The position numbers and the translations under genes were made by a program. From NCBI GenBank assembly GCA_025558095.1, contig JAIVFI010000046.1, forward strand, positions 62,001 through 126,000: a stretch of DNA of 64,000 nt, read 5' to 3'. Under the pieces are notes generated by a model. That model was given only the letters and a program-made list of their open reading frames with translations. It was not told the origin of the DNA and did not search any database. This DNA comes from Hyaloraphidium curvatum SAG 235-1 (Eukaryota > Fungi > Monoblepharomycota). Of this stretch, positions 37,037 through 49,743 are shown piece by piece (the stretch's first letter is position 1; each line of letters begins with the position of its first letter).

Positions 37037-38906
37037 ATGCCCTCCGGCGAGGCCTATCCGACCGGTTCCGCCCGGGATCAATATGCCATCCACCACGGCA
37101 TCATCTCCGCCGCGCAGCCCGAGGCGGCCGAGGCCGGCGCACAAGTCCTGAAGCGGGGAGGAAATGCGGTGGACGCGGCAGTCGCCAGCTGCCTCGTTCA
37201 GACCGTCGTGGACCCGCAGATGTGCGGCCTGGCCGGCTTTGGATCCATGCAGATTTACCTGCCGGCGCGGAAGCTCCATCTGTTCATCGACTTTCACGGC
37301 AAGGCGCCCAAGGCCACGAGGCCCGACCAGTGGCAGGTACTTCGAACCCCTCTCCTCTCGTGTTGCCCGGCTCACGCCTTGTGGCAGGATCTTATTGAGT
37401 CCGAAACTCGGGACGGGTTCGGTTTCGTGCTCAAGGGCAACGTCAACGACCTCGGCTACCAGAGCGTGACGGTTCCCGGAACGCTCAAGGCGATGCACGA
37501 GGCGCAGAAGGAGTTTGGTGTGCTACCCTGGGCGGACGTGGTTCAATTTGCCGTCGATCACGCGGCGTCGGGCTTCATTGTGCGACCGCACGTCAATGGA
37601 TGGTGGCAGACTGACGATGGCTCGGGACGCGTGGCAGTCACCGAACGTCTGGCCTTCAGCAAGACCGGTAAACGGGTTTATTTCCGTGAGGGCGCGACCA
37701 AGTTCGACGCGTCTGAGCTGCTGCGCGTCGGCGACCGCCTCAAGAACCCGGACCTGCATACCACCATGCTCGCTATCCAGAAGGACCCGGACTCGTTCTA
37801 CACGGGCGCGTTGGCCGAACGGATCGCCGCTGACTTTGCCGCCAACGGCGGGCTGCTCTCGATCGACGACCTCCGCGGCTATAAGACCACCCGCCGCGAC
37901 GCGCCCATGTGGATCGACTACCGCGGCTGGCGGATCAGCACCAACTGGCCCCCCGGCGGTGGCATCATGCTCGCCGAGATGCTCAACACGCTGGAGTACT
38001 TCGACCTCGCGGCCATGGAGCACAACGGGGCCGACTACATCCGCGTCGTTGCCGAGGCCATGAAGCTTGCCACGATCGACAAGGACAACTACGTGGGCGA
38101 CCCCGACTTCTTCGACGTGCCCTACGAGCGGCTCTGCTCCAAGGAGTACGCCCGGACGCTCGCGGACCAGATCAAGGCCGGCAAGATCGCCCGCGTCGAA
38201 AGGGTCGGGAAGGACGGCGGGCAGAAGGAAAGCACGCAAACCACGCACACGGCTGTGGTGGACAAGGACATGAACGCCGTCTCGGTCACCCACTCCCTCG
38301 GGATGCCCAGCGGGGTCATCACGGACGGCATCGGGACCATGTACAACGGCTGGTTGGTGCTCTTCACTGCCTTGCTTTGCCCTGTGCTGAATCCCCTCGC
38401 CAACCGCTGCTAGCATGGCCGTCTTCGATCCCCGGCCGGGCCGTTCGAACTCACTTGCGCCGGGCAAGTCGAGGTTCTCGGCCATGGCGCCGACCATGGT
38501 GTTCGACAGCACGGGTCAGATCCGCTACTGCCTCGGAGCCCCCGGGGGGACGGCGATCAACCTCGCGATCCTCCAAGTCCGTGCGTACCTTGTTCGCTTG
38601 GTTGCTTTCGGGCCCGCCTTTGACGCATCATTCATACTCGCAGTCCTCAACGTACTCGACTTTCGGATGCCCATCGACCGCGCCATCGCCGCCCCGCGCT
38701 TCATCGCCAACTCGTCCCTAATCGACGTCTCGAACCGCATCCCGCGCTACGTCACGGACGAGCTCGAAGCCAAGGGCTACGGCATCGTGCGCAATCCCCG
38801 ATCCTACGTATTTGCCGCGGTGCACGGCGTGGAGATCGAGGCGGATGGGAAGAGGGGCTTCGGGGGCGCGGACCCGGGGCACGACGGGTCGGTGCTCGTG
38901 GTCTAG
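37037..38906 (+). CDS. Gamma-glutamyltransferase (Ntn hydrolase)
   Basis: GGNAVDAAVA, DPQMCGLAG, VTVPGTL, PPGGG, QTTHTAVVD (Thr nucleophile), APGKSRFSAMAP, GAPGG, GGADP. Confidence 0.92.
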
Positions 38907-39057
38907 AGGTACAACATGTGAATGACACCCTACATTGCCATTACAACTCGTGCTGTACTTTTTCCGACGTTAGGTGACGGGCGCCCAGTAAAGGCGCCGC
39001 AGAAGAAATAAGGCCACACTTGGGGATCCCCAAAAGGCCGGTGATCCGAGGCTCCGT

Positions 39058-41581
39058 TCAAGCCTTGGATCCGACGCCCTCCATAGCGTAAGAGTCGTAC
39101 TCGAGCTTATCGTGCGGCATGTGGGCGCCGCCGTGGGTCGAGGAATAAGCGTTCTCCATGGCCTCGGCCTCGGCCTCCGAAATGAGGCGCTGGGGTCCCT
39201 TGAACCTGTGGCAAGGAGGTTCAGCATCTGCGGCCAACACCGCAAGCGCGCGACGACGAACCATTTGCGCCCCGAGAAGATCCATCCGAGACCGGAGATG
39301 AGCGAGATGCCGCCGATCATGACCGGTGCAACTGGGTAAATGTCAGCCTCGACGTAACGAAACCGTCACCGTCAGGAAGCTCACAGTTGAAAGTGCTCGC
39401 CGTCACCGGCCACAGCTGCGGCAAGCAAAGGCAGACAAAGAGCACGGAGATCCAAATGCAGACAAAGATGCCGAGCGGGACCGAGAACCTCCCCAGGTTC
39501 CACTCCCCCTGCTTGAACGTGTGGCGGCCCGCCGTGAGACGGCCGAGGATGGGGATCAGGTAGCTCGTGTCCACCGAGATGGTGCCCGTGCTGCTGAGCG
39601 CCGTGAAGGCTACCGTGCTACCCAGCACGGGGAGGAGGATGAGTACCGAGAGAGCAGCACAAAGCCACTGTGCGCGGACGGGCATCTTCTTCGGCGACAT
39701 GTGGTGCCAGTAGTGGGAGAAGGGCAGGATGCCGTCGCGGGAGATGGCGTAGGTCACGCGGGAAGCTGGGGCGGGCTCGTTCAGGAATCGCGCGCGGAGC
39801 TTGGTGGCCTTCAGCTCACCGGACATGCCGCAAGCAGCGGCGCAGTTGAAGCCGACGATGAAGATCAGGACCATGAACGCCAGGGCACCGTCCGGGCCGA
39901 CGGTCGACTCGAAAAGCACCACGATAGGCTGGGGGTAGATCGCGTAGCCGGCGGCGATCAGGTCAACGCCGGGGATCACGGCGCCGGTGTCGGGGTCGAT
40001 GCCGTCTTGGATGGCGAAGAGGAGGATGAGGAGCATGGCGAACGAGAAGACAAAGGCCATGGCGACCGAGGTGTACATCCCGCGGGAGGCGGTCCGCGCG
40101 GCGCCCTTGGTCTCCTCCGCGATGTGGGCCGAGGCGTCGTAGCCATAGCTGCGATGTGTCCAACTTCAACGAGGCCAAAGGAAGATGCTCTGGGTCCACC
40201 CACAAAGTCCAGGCGGGAAAGAGGAGCGAGACGAACCACACGTAGGCCTTGGCGCCCTGCTCGTTGCCAAAGTACTGGGTCGCGCCCGTCCCGTCTACGA
40301 ACTGGGTCATGATGGAGCCGCTCTGCCACTTGGGGACTTTGGCGGGCAGCCAGGTGAAGAAGAGGATGTACACGCCGAGCATGAAGGTGCTCGAGATGCG
40401 GTAGAACCCTGTTGACCGCGCACGTTAGCACGCTGACGGGATAACGGCTCGGCAAGGTGGTCCAACATTTCATGAACTCCTCGTCGACGATGTCTGCGGG
40501 CGAATCAGATCAGCGGCGGCCCTGGCCTCCGACGCGCGAGCGCCACCCACTCATGAGGGTGGTGAGGAACACCTGGACAACGTCCATGATAAAGAGAACC
40601 CACAGCGGGTTCGTGTACTCGGGGTACTTGACGAGGATGCCGCTGATAAGCATGGTCGAGTTGGTGTGGCACACTGCGGGCCAGGTGACGACTGGAAGCA
40701 GGACAGAGGACCGTCAGGTGCTGCGTACCGCCAGAACGGAGCAGATTTGCGCACCCCAGCCGGCCCAGCTCCACCAAGCGGTGAGCCACGAGAGGAACGG
40801 GCCCCATCTCTCTCCACCGAGCTTGGCCGACCAGACTGATGGCGACTAGGATCAATAAACCGAAAGATCAACGACAGCGTCCCAAACCTACAGTAGATAC
40901 CGCCGGCCGTCGGGTACGCGCTGCAGATTTCCTGTCGGAGCCGCCACCCAAGTCAGGACCCCATCTCGGCGCGAAATCCCCGCCATTCCGCACCGCAAGA
41001 ACGAGCGCCGTCGACAGGGCGCAGAAACCGATGATGATCCAGTTGACCCAGGCGGCCAGCGGGCCGCCGGTGTACATGGCGAAGCCAAAGAGCGACGGCA
41101 GGCCCAGCACGAAGGCGATCGTCGAGAACGAGGCGGCAAACTGCACGAAGGCATAGGATATTGATGCAGCATCGATTGCCGGGCAAATATCGACCACGAG
41201 GCGGGACGGCCGAGTGTTGCGGGGAAGGGCGGAGAGTTGCACGTGATCAAGGCGTCAGCGGCGCTCGGAACCGGCAACCGCGGGCGAACCCACGTTCTCG
41301 AAGACGCCCAGGCCGCGGTGGAACTCCTGCTTGTAGCCGAGCTGGAGGAACGGGGACCCGGTGAGCGTGCGCCCCTCGGGAAGCGGGACCCCGGAAAGGA
41401 AAGGAAACCGCGCCCCCTCGCGGGCTGCGGAGGCCTCCCGGACCGACGGGAGACGCCGTCCTACTGTCACCGAACGCACCTTGGCCAGCTGCAGCTCATC
41501 CTTGTCCACGGTCTGCGCCACGGGCGCCAGGTTCACGGAGACGTTGGCGTCCGCAGCCGCGACGGGCGAGTTCGACGCCAT
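39058..41581 (-). CDS. APC-superfamily amino acid/GABA/choline permease, many introns
   Basis: LGYKQEFHRGLGVFEN, GGPLAAW, GYDASAHIAEETKGA, SRVTYAISRDGILPFS, GEWNLGRFS. Confidence 0.9.
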
Positions 41582-42110
41582 CGTTGCGTGCGCGCCCCTG
41601 AGCGGCCGATCGCGGCGGCAGCAAGCGGCCAAATGAAACGCGGAGATGGCCGCAACCGGGGTCGGATAGCACAGGCGAGCGGGGCGGCGGTCGAGCGTTC
41701 GTCAGGCGCCTGATGACTGCGGCGGAACGGCGGCCCCCGCACGACGCCGCCGGGGTGCCTCGGGACCCACGGGCCGAAGAGTCGCGTTGGGAGAGTTGGT
41801 CGTGCAGCGCCGGGGATGCCGGGGGCGCGATTCGCGGCCGTGTAGCCCGCTGCGGGGTTTTTTCGGACGGAGGTTGGGGGCCTCTCTTGCGGGAGGGATC
41901 GATCGGGGGAGCGATCCGTGCGCGCACGCTCAAAGCGTTCTAGTCACGGCACGCTTCCGGCAGGATTGTATCCGCCATCCAGGACAACACTACAGTTGGT
42001 TTCTCGAGCCCACGCTCGCCAAAGTCCGACGAGGATCCGGTCCGCCACGTGCTTCCCGAGCCCCTGCGTCATCACACCCCAAGACCGCAGTTGACCGGCC
42101 GAACCCGTCC

Positions 42111-43631
42111 TCACCAAAGCCCGGGTACGATCCGCCACGGCACCTGCTTCTCGTACTCCTCCCACGCCTTGCCGTACTTCTGCCGGCATACCCTCCCGTC
42201 CTCGATCTCGCGCGGCACGAACAGCGCGATGTAGTACAGCGGGTACAGCCAGGGCAGCGCCTGCCAGAAGAGCCCGGCCCCGACGTACGACGCGTACAGC
42301 GAGCACGGCACCGAGAGGGCCATGGACTGCAGGATCTCGCCGAAGAAGTTGACGTGCCTGCTGACGGCCCAGAAGCCCGTGTTGAGGATCTTGCCCTCGC
42401 CGCGGACGGAGCCCATGTCCATCGAGAGCAGGCCGAGGAAGCTCCACCGGCCTGTGCGGACGCCGCGCTTGAAGGCGAACTTCTGCATGTTGGGGCCGCG
42501 GGTGAAGACCCAGCCGACGAGGAAGAGGGCGAACACGAGGGCGCCGGCGAGGGGGGAGATGTCGATGCGCTCGGCGGTGGGAGGGAGGAGGAAGACGAGG
42601 CCGCCGATGCCGTAGAACATGGGGTAGAAGAAGATGCAGCCCCAGATGAGCTTGAAACCGACCTGGCGACCGGCGGGAACGATTAGCAAGGGGCGCTGCC
42701 GCCGAGAAGAGTCGGACCCACCTTCTCGTTGAAGAGGTCGTACGTGTAGAGGTGCACGTGCTCGTGGTACATGTCTGGTCGAGGCAACCTCGTGAGCCAG
42801 ACCCATCTCCCACGCAGCCCCCAAGGGACACCCACATTCGATGGCGAACCAGTTCAGGCACACCGCCCAGGCGATCGAGGCGTTGGACAACACGGTCCCG
42901 TTGAGCCGGCGGTGCTCCGCCAGTATGGCCAGGATGTTGATCTGCAGCAGCGTCGCCCCCCATAGGTACAGGAACATCTTGAGGTCCAGCGACGGGAGCG
43001 GCCGCGGGTTGAACTCGTGGCCGGAATAGAAATCGTACAGCACGCCAAAGTCGTGGTTCTTGGGGTGCTCGGGCTTGTACTCGAACGCCCGCGCGGCCTT
43101 GCCCGACCCCTCGCCGTTGCCGTCGCCCACGACGGGCGTGCGGCGGACGTAGTAGTCCGGGTGCCGCGGCATGCCATGCTTGGCCTGCTCGCGGCCCTCG
43201 CGGTCCCAGGAGCTCTCGAGGACGGGGTAAACCCGGCCCTTGATGAAGTAGAACACCGAGGCCACCATGCCGAGGGCAAACGCCGCGATGGCGTTGGACC
43301 GGTAGGCCAGCGAGAAGCCGGCGGGGTCGCGGATCCCGTTGGCCCACTGTAGCGGGGTCGCGGGGGTCAGCGGGCGCGACGGGGCCGGTCCGCCGACGTG
43401 GCCCACCAGGAGGATGTACAGGCACGAGGTCGTCAGCATGACCCAGATGCCGTTCAGCCTGTACCGCAGCGGCTTCCCCGTGTACACGTCGCGCACGTAG
43501 CCGTCCATCTCGGTGGTTATCGGCATGCCGAAGAACTTTTGGGGCAGCAGGAGGTGCAGCGCCGTCGTCACGGCCAGGAGCTCGAGGAGCCGCAGCATCG
43601 CCGCGGATACGGACGCCGTGTCGACCGCCAT
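42111..43631 (-). CDS. ERG4/ERG24-family sterol reductase
   Basis: PLRYRLNG, YDFYSGHEFNPR, DLKMF, GFWAVSRHVNFFGEI, CRQKYGKAWEEYEKQVPWRIVPG. Confidence 0.88.
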   Translation of the reverse strand: MAVDTASVSAAMLRLLELLAVTTALHLLLPQKFFGMPITTEMDGYVRDVYTGKPLRYRLNGIWVMLTTSCLYILLVGHVGGPAPSRPLTPATPLQWANGIRDPAGFSLAYRSNAIAAFALGMVASVFYFIKGRVYPVLESSWDREGREQAKHGMPRHPDYYVRRTPVVGDGNGEGSGKAARAFEYKPEHPKNHDFGVLYDFYSGHEFNPRPLPSLDLKMFLYLWGATLLQINILAILAEHRRLNGTVLSNASIAWAVCLNWFAIECGCPLGAAWEMGLAHEVASTRHVPRARAPLHVRPLQREGGSDSSRRQRPLLIVPAGRQVGFKLIWGCIFFYPMFYGIGGLVFLLPPTAERIDISPLAGALVFALFLVGWVFTRGPNMQKFAFKRGVRTGRWSFLGLLSMDMGSVRGEGKILNTGFWAVSRHVNFFGEILQSMALSVPCSLYASYVGAGLFWQALPWLYPLYYIALFVPREIEDGRVCRQKYGKAWEEYEKQVPWRIVPGLW

Positions 43632-44444
43632 CTTGTACGGGGCCGAAATGGCGGATCGCCGGGCGGAATGCCGGCGATGACGGGGGGGTGGAAAAGTGAA
43701 CTGGAATCGGCAAGGCGGGTTCCGCCCAAGCCGCATTCCGTCCCGTTTAGCCTCTCCGCCGCGCAGGCCCTTTGGAGGCCAACGAATGCGGCACCGATCT
43801 TACTCCTGCGGACGTCGGAAGCACAGTTTCGCTCTCAATCAAGATTCTGCCTGACGCCATGGACAGCTCCTTCCCATCGGCTTCACGATCTGGTTCTCCG
43901 CCCTGGACCGTCACTGTCAGCCCCACCCAGGTCCCGCACAGGAGCTCCGCACCTCCCGATCAATCTGCCTGTATCGGCATTGGAATCCTCGGCAGCGTCT
44001 GGGGTACTTCGCGTAGAGAATAGAACCAGGCGAGGGAACAAACACCGTTCCCGCGAGGCAGATGGCGATCGAGCCGGATGACAGTTAACGACGGAAGCGT
44101 GCCAGCGCACGGCGGGGGACCAACTAGCTGAAGTTAGAAGGCTCCGAAAGCAGCACGGATTGCTCCCGGGGCCGCTTTGGGAGGATGCGGGGGATGCCCT
44201 GAGCTTGTCGACCCCACGTGATCCGGCGAGCGTAGCAGCCTGAGGAAAACGCGCAGCGGGGCCGGAGCCGGCGGATCAAATGCAGAGCTCTCCCTCCATC
44301 ATTGGTTCCCACTTGAATCCATGCCGAGGAGCCCCTGTCCTGCTCCGCTTCGGGCGGGGGTTTGGGTTGCTGCGCCGACGGTGGGCGGGAGCGTGCGAGG
44401 TCCCTGCCAGGTCACATGCTGCGTTTTCCCCCACGGCGCTCCCG

Positions 44445-45881
44445 ATGGCCGCGCTCGTGATGCCGCCCACAGCGCTGCCGACCGCCGCCCGCGCCGCGCC
44501 CCTCTCGGCGGAGGGCGCGGCCGCCGCTGCCCCGCCCGCCGCGGCGGCCGCAGAGGGCCCCGCGCCACGCGGGCAACAGGGCGCCCCCGCCGCCGCGCAC
44601 CCGGCCCCGCCGGCGTCGGATTCGGACTCGGACGGCGACTTTGTGATCAGCAGGCCCGCGCCCGGGGCGCACCCGGCTCCAGGCGCTGCCCAGGCCCCCG
44701 CGGAAGCCGTCCTTCCCCACCCGCCCTCCCACACCACCGTGCACTTCCTGCACCACCGCCCGATCTCAAACCCCGCCGTGCCCGGCCTCGTCTCGGACCC
44801 CGCCTCCTTCGCCCCTCTCATCGTCGGCTCGTGCCCCGAGCTGGGCTCGTGGGACCCGGCAAAGAGCTCGGTGTGGATGAAGCCGCTGCCCGGCAGGCCG
44901 GACGTGTGGCACGCGAGCGTGCGGCTGGCAAACGGCGACGGCATGCGCGGGGGACGCCCGCACGAGCACGACTGGAGGAAGGCGTTCGAGGAGGAGGCGG
45001 TGGAGCGGATGGAACCCGCCAAGCTGGCGGCATACAGGAAAATCGAGCGGCAGATCGCCCGGCTCAAGCGCAAGGGCCACGACGCCCACGATCCGGCCGA
45101 CGAGGACGAGCTGCCCAAAGGGGTGTGCGAGGAGTGCCACAAGATCCTCGCCGAGTACAAGGCCAAGAAGAAGCTCGCGCTCGCGGCGAAGCAGGCATCT
45201 GCGGCGAAGCAATGGCCGGCCGCCAAGCAGATTTCCACCCCGGCCAACGGCACCAAGCCCGTCCCCGCTCCCGGCAACCCAGAAGACGACTCCTCCGAGC
45301 CCTCCGACTCGTCCTCGGAGGACGGCGACCTCCCCCCCGACCCTCCCCCCGTCCTCCCGCACCTCCCCGACCTCTTCCACCCAGCCGACATCCACTCCCT
45401 CCGCCACACCTCCCGCATCGCCTACAAGTACGTCCTCCGCGCGCCGCGGGCCGACTCGTCCCCCGGCCGCCTCGCCGGCAGCCCGATGCGGTGGGAGGAC
45501 GGCGACAACAGGGTCGCCGAGTGGCGCACGTGCGGCTGCCACTTTGGCGGGAACGAGGTCGAGAACGCCGGCGGGAAGAGGAAGGAGGGCAAGGAGGCGG
45601 AGGAGCCCGAGGCGTGGCTGGGGGGCACGGGGCTGCTGATCCCCGCGCCGCAGAGGCGGGCGGCGGTGGCGAGGGAGAATTCGTGGGCGACGGTGGAGTG
45701 GGACGAGGAGATGGTGCGGAAGCTGCTGGTTTCCGAGGGCGGGGCGGGGGAGGGGGCCCAAGGGGAGGGCGGGGGGGATCTCGGGGCCGAGGTGTGGATC
45801 GTGGAGGAGGGGCTGGGGATACACAGGTATTCCCGAAGGGTGGTGGTGGGCCGGGCCGCGGGGAGCCCCGCGCGGCCGTGA
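44445..45881 (+). CDS. CBM20 starch-binding-domain protein with large insertion
   Basis: IVGSCPELGSWDPAK...WHASVRL and, ~160 aa later, IAYKYVL...RWEDGDNRV; start codon uncertain. Confidence 0.6.
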   Translation: MAALVMPPTALPTAARAAPLSAEGAAAAAPPAAAAAEGPAPRGQQGAPAAAHPAPPASDSDSDGDFVISRPAPGAHPAPGAAQAPAEAVLPHPPSHTTVHFLHHRPISNPAVPGLVSDPASFAPLIVGSCPELGSWDPAKSSVWMKPLPGRPDVWHASVRLANGDGMRGGRPHEHDWRKAFEEEAVERMEPAKLAAYRKIERQIARLKRKGHDAHDPADEDELPKGVCEECHKILAEYKAKKKLALAAKQASAAKQWPAAKQISTPANGTKPVPAPGNPEDDSSEPSDSSSEDGDLPPDPPPVLPHLPDLFHPADIHSLRHTSRIAYKYVLRAPRADSSPGRLAGSPMRWEDGDNRVAEWRTCGCHFGGNEVENAGGKRKEGKEAEEPEAWLGGTGLLIPAPQRRAAVARENSWATVEWDEEMVRKLLVSEGGAGEGAQGEGGGDLGAEVWIVEEGLGIHRYSRRVVVGRAAGSPARP

Positions 45882-46837
45882 GCTGCTTGCCGCCGGATGG
45901 ACTGCTTTCTTGGGAGGATCTTGTTTCCGCGGACGCTTTTGCCGCCCGCCTGCATAACTTTTGCTCGACTCGGTCTAGACGAGACCGCCGTGTACCGGCG
46001 CCTGCTGTCTGTCGATGTAGCTGCTTCAATGTATAAAGGTGTACAATGTTTCGGGGAACTTTCGATCATCTGTGGGTGTTCCACCTGAAGAGGGCCAGCA
46101 CGCTCGGGTGCCGGAGCAAGCGTATGTCTGCTGCATCGGGCAGATCGAGTCACTGGCGATGCGGTAATGCTGTGCGATGTCTCCGTCAGCACCTCCCGAC
46201 GCAGAGCCTGGCGGCGGTCCTTTCCGCTGCCAACCCATCCTCCGCGCCCCGGCCCAAATCCTCGCTCCACTGCCCGGCCCCGCATCCGGAACGGGCGGGG
46301 TTGGTCTTCCGCCTCGCCGCATCCGGGCTGACGCCGAGCGGCGGCGCCGCGGAGCGACGGATCCCTGCGCGCGGCGCTCCTCGGTCGATCGGGGCCGAAC
46401 GTCCGCGCTGCAGTCAAGCAAACTGCCCGGTCGGAGCGAGTGAGAATAGGGGATCGGCCGATCCGAGTTGCCTGGACGGCCGAAGGGAAATCGCGCCGCC
46501 GGACCTTGGGCCCAGGCGCACTCGCCCCCGGGCGGGCGGAGCGGGGCAATTGGCGGCCCTTGATCTGCAGGCGAACCGCCCCCGGACCGCACGCCAGGAA
46601 AGACACCGATTTCAGTGCCGTTCGATGGGAGTCCTGGCTTTGGGCGGCGCGGCGTTGGGGAGAAACCGGGGTCGGGAGATTGAGCGGCTTGAGTCATTTC
46701 ACTCCCGGCCGGCCCCGGATGGGCCCGGACGGACCTGGACCCCCGCGTCAGCGTCTGCTGGGCCGACTTCGCCGCATCCTTCTTTCTCCATTCGCTCCTC
46801 CGCTCCACCGGCCGTCGCACACCACCCTGCGAAGAAG

Positions 46838-47942
46838 ATGAGGCCCGCCCTGCTCGTCGCCCTTGTCGCGGCCTCTGCGGCCTTCCTCGCCCCGGCGGCG
46901 GCGGCCCCGGCGCCATTCAGGTGGGCGCCGACAGCGGCGTGGCGCCCGAACGAGTCGCTGACCTGCATGCGCCCCGGCCTGCCCTCCTCCGGACGGGATC
47001 CGTTTCCCCGCCGCAGCCTCCCGGCGCCTTCCGGAGCCGGCTTCGCGGCGCCGCGCGGGGCGGAGGAGCCGACCCCCGGGAACGTCCTCTTCCGGCGTTC
47101 CTGCATGGAGTGCCCCGCGACCCACGAGTACTGCGAGTACGGCTACCCCGGGGCGCCGGCGGATCACGTCGCCTGCACGGCAGCATTGGAACAGGCGTCG
47201 CTGTACAAGCGTTACGTGGGTGTCGCGCCGCGGCATCCGCAACTGGGCAGGAGCTGATCGGAGATTCTCGATACCACAGGTCACCCCGGACTCGGGGGTG
47301 CAATCACAGAGCGTGATCGACGCGTGCGAAGCGTCGCCGTGCCTCAACGGCGGGACCTGCAGCGCCACTGGCGCCAGCACCTTCAGCTGCACGTGCCCCG
47401 AGCCGTTCACTGGTGCAAGTGGGTTCTTCGTGTCCTATCTCGCCTGACGTACGTCGCTGATTGTCACGCGCTCATCCAGCGTGCGAGACCGTCACCAACT
47501 ACTGCCTGGTGGGCAAGTGCCTCAACGGCGCCACCTGCACCTTTCTTCCGACCACGGCGCCATACTTCGACTGGTACGGGGCGCCCTTGTCTTTCCCGTC
47601 TCGTCTCTGATCCTTATCCCACGGCAGCACGTGCGCCCCGGGCTTCAACGGGACGCTCTGCGAGAACGCGTATTTCAAGTGCCCTGGTTCGGGGAGCCAA
47701 GGGGACCCCGAGAAGTGCTACCGGTACTTTGTTTGCTCCGGAGTCAACGGACTCTTCACCCGGAAGACGTGCCCGAAGCTGGGCATCGATCAGGTGGGCT
47801 CGAACCGCCGCACCGCTGGAGGGCCTGGCCATTGCTGACAGTCGTTTCTCGCCCGGAACAGTTTCTCTTCGATACCACGACGAAGCTGTGCAAGAGCTCC
47901 ACCAAGTCCCCCGTCACGATAGCCGGATGCTCGAACACCTAG
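46838..47942 (+). CDS. Secreted protein with two EGF-like domains and a CBM14/peritrophin-A-like chitin-binding domain
   Basis: Signal peptide; CEASPCLNGGTC...CTCPEPFTG; CLNGATC...CAPGFNGTLCE; FKCPGSGSQGDPEKCYRYFVC...TCP...FD...LC. Confidence 0.75.
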
Positions 47943-48439
47943 GCGCGCTGGATGTCGCGCCTGCCACCGGGCAGACAGATGCTGCAGCGTTCGTGTCGGG
48001 GTGCGCGTGGAACACATCTCACTCTGTCGATCTATCTCCGACATCACTCTGTCGATCTCAACGCTTGCGTCCGTCCGGGCCGCTGGTCGATGACGGGTGT
48101 CCTCGGGATCGCTTCGGGGAGGAAAACCCCGCGTTCCAGGAAAGGCAGTGTCCGTGAGGGACCGAAGGGAAAAGGGCAGGTCAGATCCACCCATATAGTT
48201 GGACCGCCGGACCTTGGTGTGGGCACACCCGCCACCAGCGTCGGCAGGGCGGGCCAGCCAATTTGGCCAAGGGTTTTGCAGGCCATTCGGCCCCGAGCCG
48301 CACGTCAGGAAGGGGACCGATGTCGGTTCTTGGCTGGCAAGTGCCCGGCTTTGGGCGGCGTCTCTATAGGGGATATGGGATGCTGCCCGTCGGGTTGTGT
48401 GGAGCGAATCACTTTTTTCATCATTGACCAGGAATCGAT

Positions 48440-49502
48440 TCAGATCCCCGCCCCCCTGACGTCCGTCTCGACAGCCTCGATCTTTCCCTCCATCTTGAGG
48501 CCCTGCACCCTTCCGGCAGTCTTGCTGGTCATCACATAGGCCGTCTTACCCTCGGGCCCGCCGAGCGCGACAGCGAACGAGGGCATCGACGTGCGAATCG
48601 TGGCGACCTTGATGCCGCCCTCGGCCCAGCGGTGCAGCTCATTCCCCGTCGGGTTCGCTTGTTCGGGTACGGATCATCAGCTGCCGCTGCCGTGCCGAAC
48701 GAGGCGGAACACGCACCGGCCCACACCGTCCCGTCCTCGCAGAGGCAGATCCCGTCCGGCAGCGTGCCAGGCGTCCGCGCCCACACCCGCCTGTTGGCCA
48801 GCGTCCCGTCCGGCAGGATGTCGAAGGCCGTGAGCCGCGACGCGAAGGTCTCGGCGACGATCAGCGTGCGGCCGTCGGGGGTGATGGCCGGGCCGTTGCT
48901 GAAGTGCATGCCGGAAGGCCCCTTGACGGCAGTGCCCGAGGGCGGGACGACGGCGAGGGTACCGGTGCGGTACTTCCACAGAAGTTGCGGGCCCATGTTC
49001 CCGTCCAGTTCGAACGCGAAGCACCCCACGTAGGCGGTGCCGTCCGCAGAGACGACCATGTCGTTCGGCAGGTACTCCGAGACCCCGCGCAGGTCGGCGT
49101 GGTCGGACGCGCGGCCATCGGGGCCTACGCAGAGCACCTTGTGGGCCTGCATCGACACGACGAGGAGGCGGCCGTCGGGGAGCCATCCGAGGCCCGACGG
49201 TGACTCGCCGTCCGGGAGCTGGAGCACCGTCTCGAGGGCGCCCGTCGCCGGGTCCCACGCCTTGACTGGAAGCGCATTTCGGTGTTAGAGTGACCATTTG
49301 GAGCGCACGGTCTCGGATCCCCACCGGCGTACTGGTAAAAGTCCGAAAAGAAGAGCTTCCCGTTCCGCCATCGCGGACCTTCGCCGAAGCCGAGACCCTC
49401 GACCACCGGTCGCGTCTCGAAGACGGGAACATCTCGAGGAGCGCGAGGGAACACGATGTCGTAGAACGCGTCGGCGCCGAGGAGCTCGCCGAGGAACGAC
49501 AT
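48440..49502 (-). CDS. SMP-30/gluconolactonase/LRE beta-propeller protein
   Basis: GLGFGEGPRWRNGKLFFSDF, PSGLGWLPDG, PNDMVV, FSNGPAITPDGRTLIVAET, PDGICL. Confidence 0.88.
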
Positions 49503-49743
49503 TGGTTGGCACGTGGCGTGGCAAGGTCTCGCGCTCGCTCCAACAGATTCGTCGCCAAGAGGGCCAAGAATCGTTCATGCGGGGCATCTGACCATTGATG
49601 CATTCGCAATTGAACTAACCTAGATGGCCGGCCGGGGATCTTCTGCCAAGGACGAGACTGAGGTCTCGCATCTTCTCGCTTCACGGCAACTTCTATGTGT
49701 CTCTATTATACATGCGTGAGCAACCCATGCGTCCCAAGGCAAT

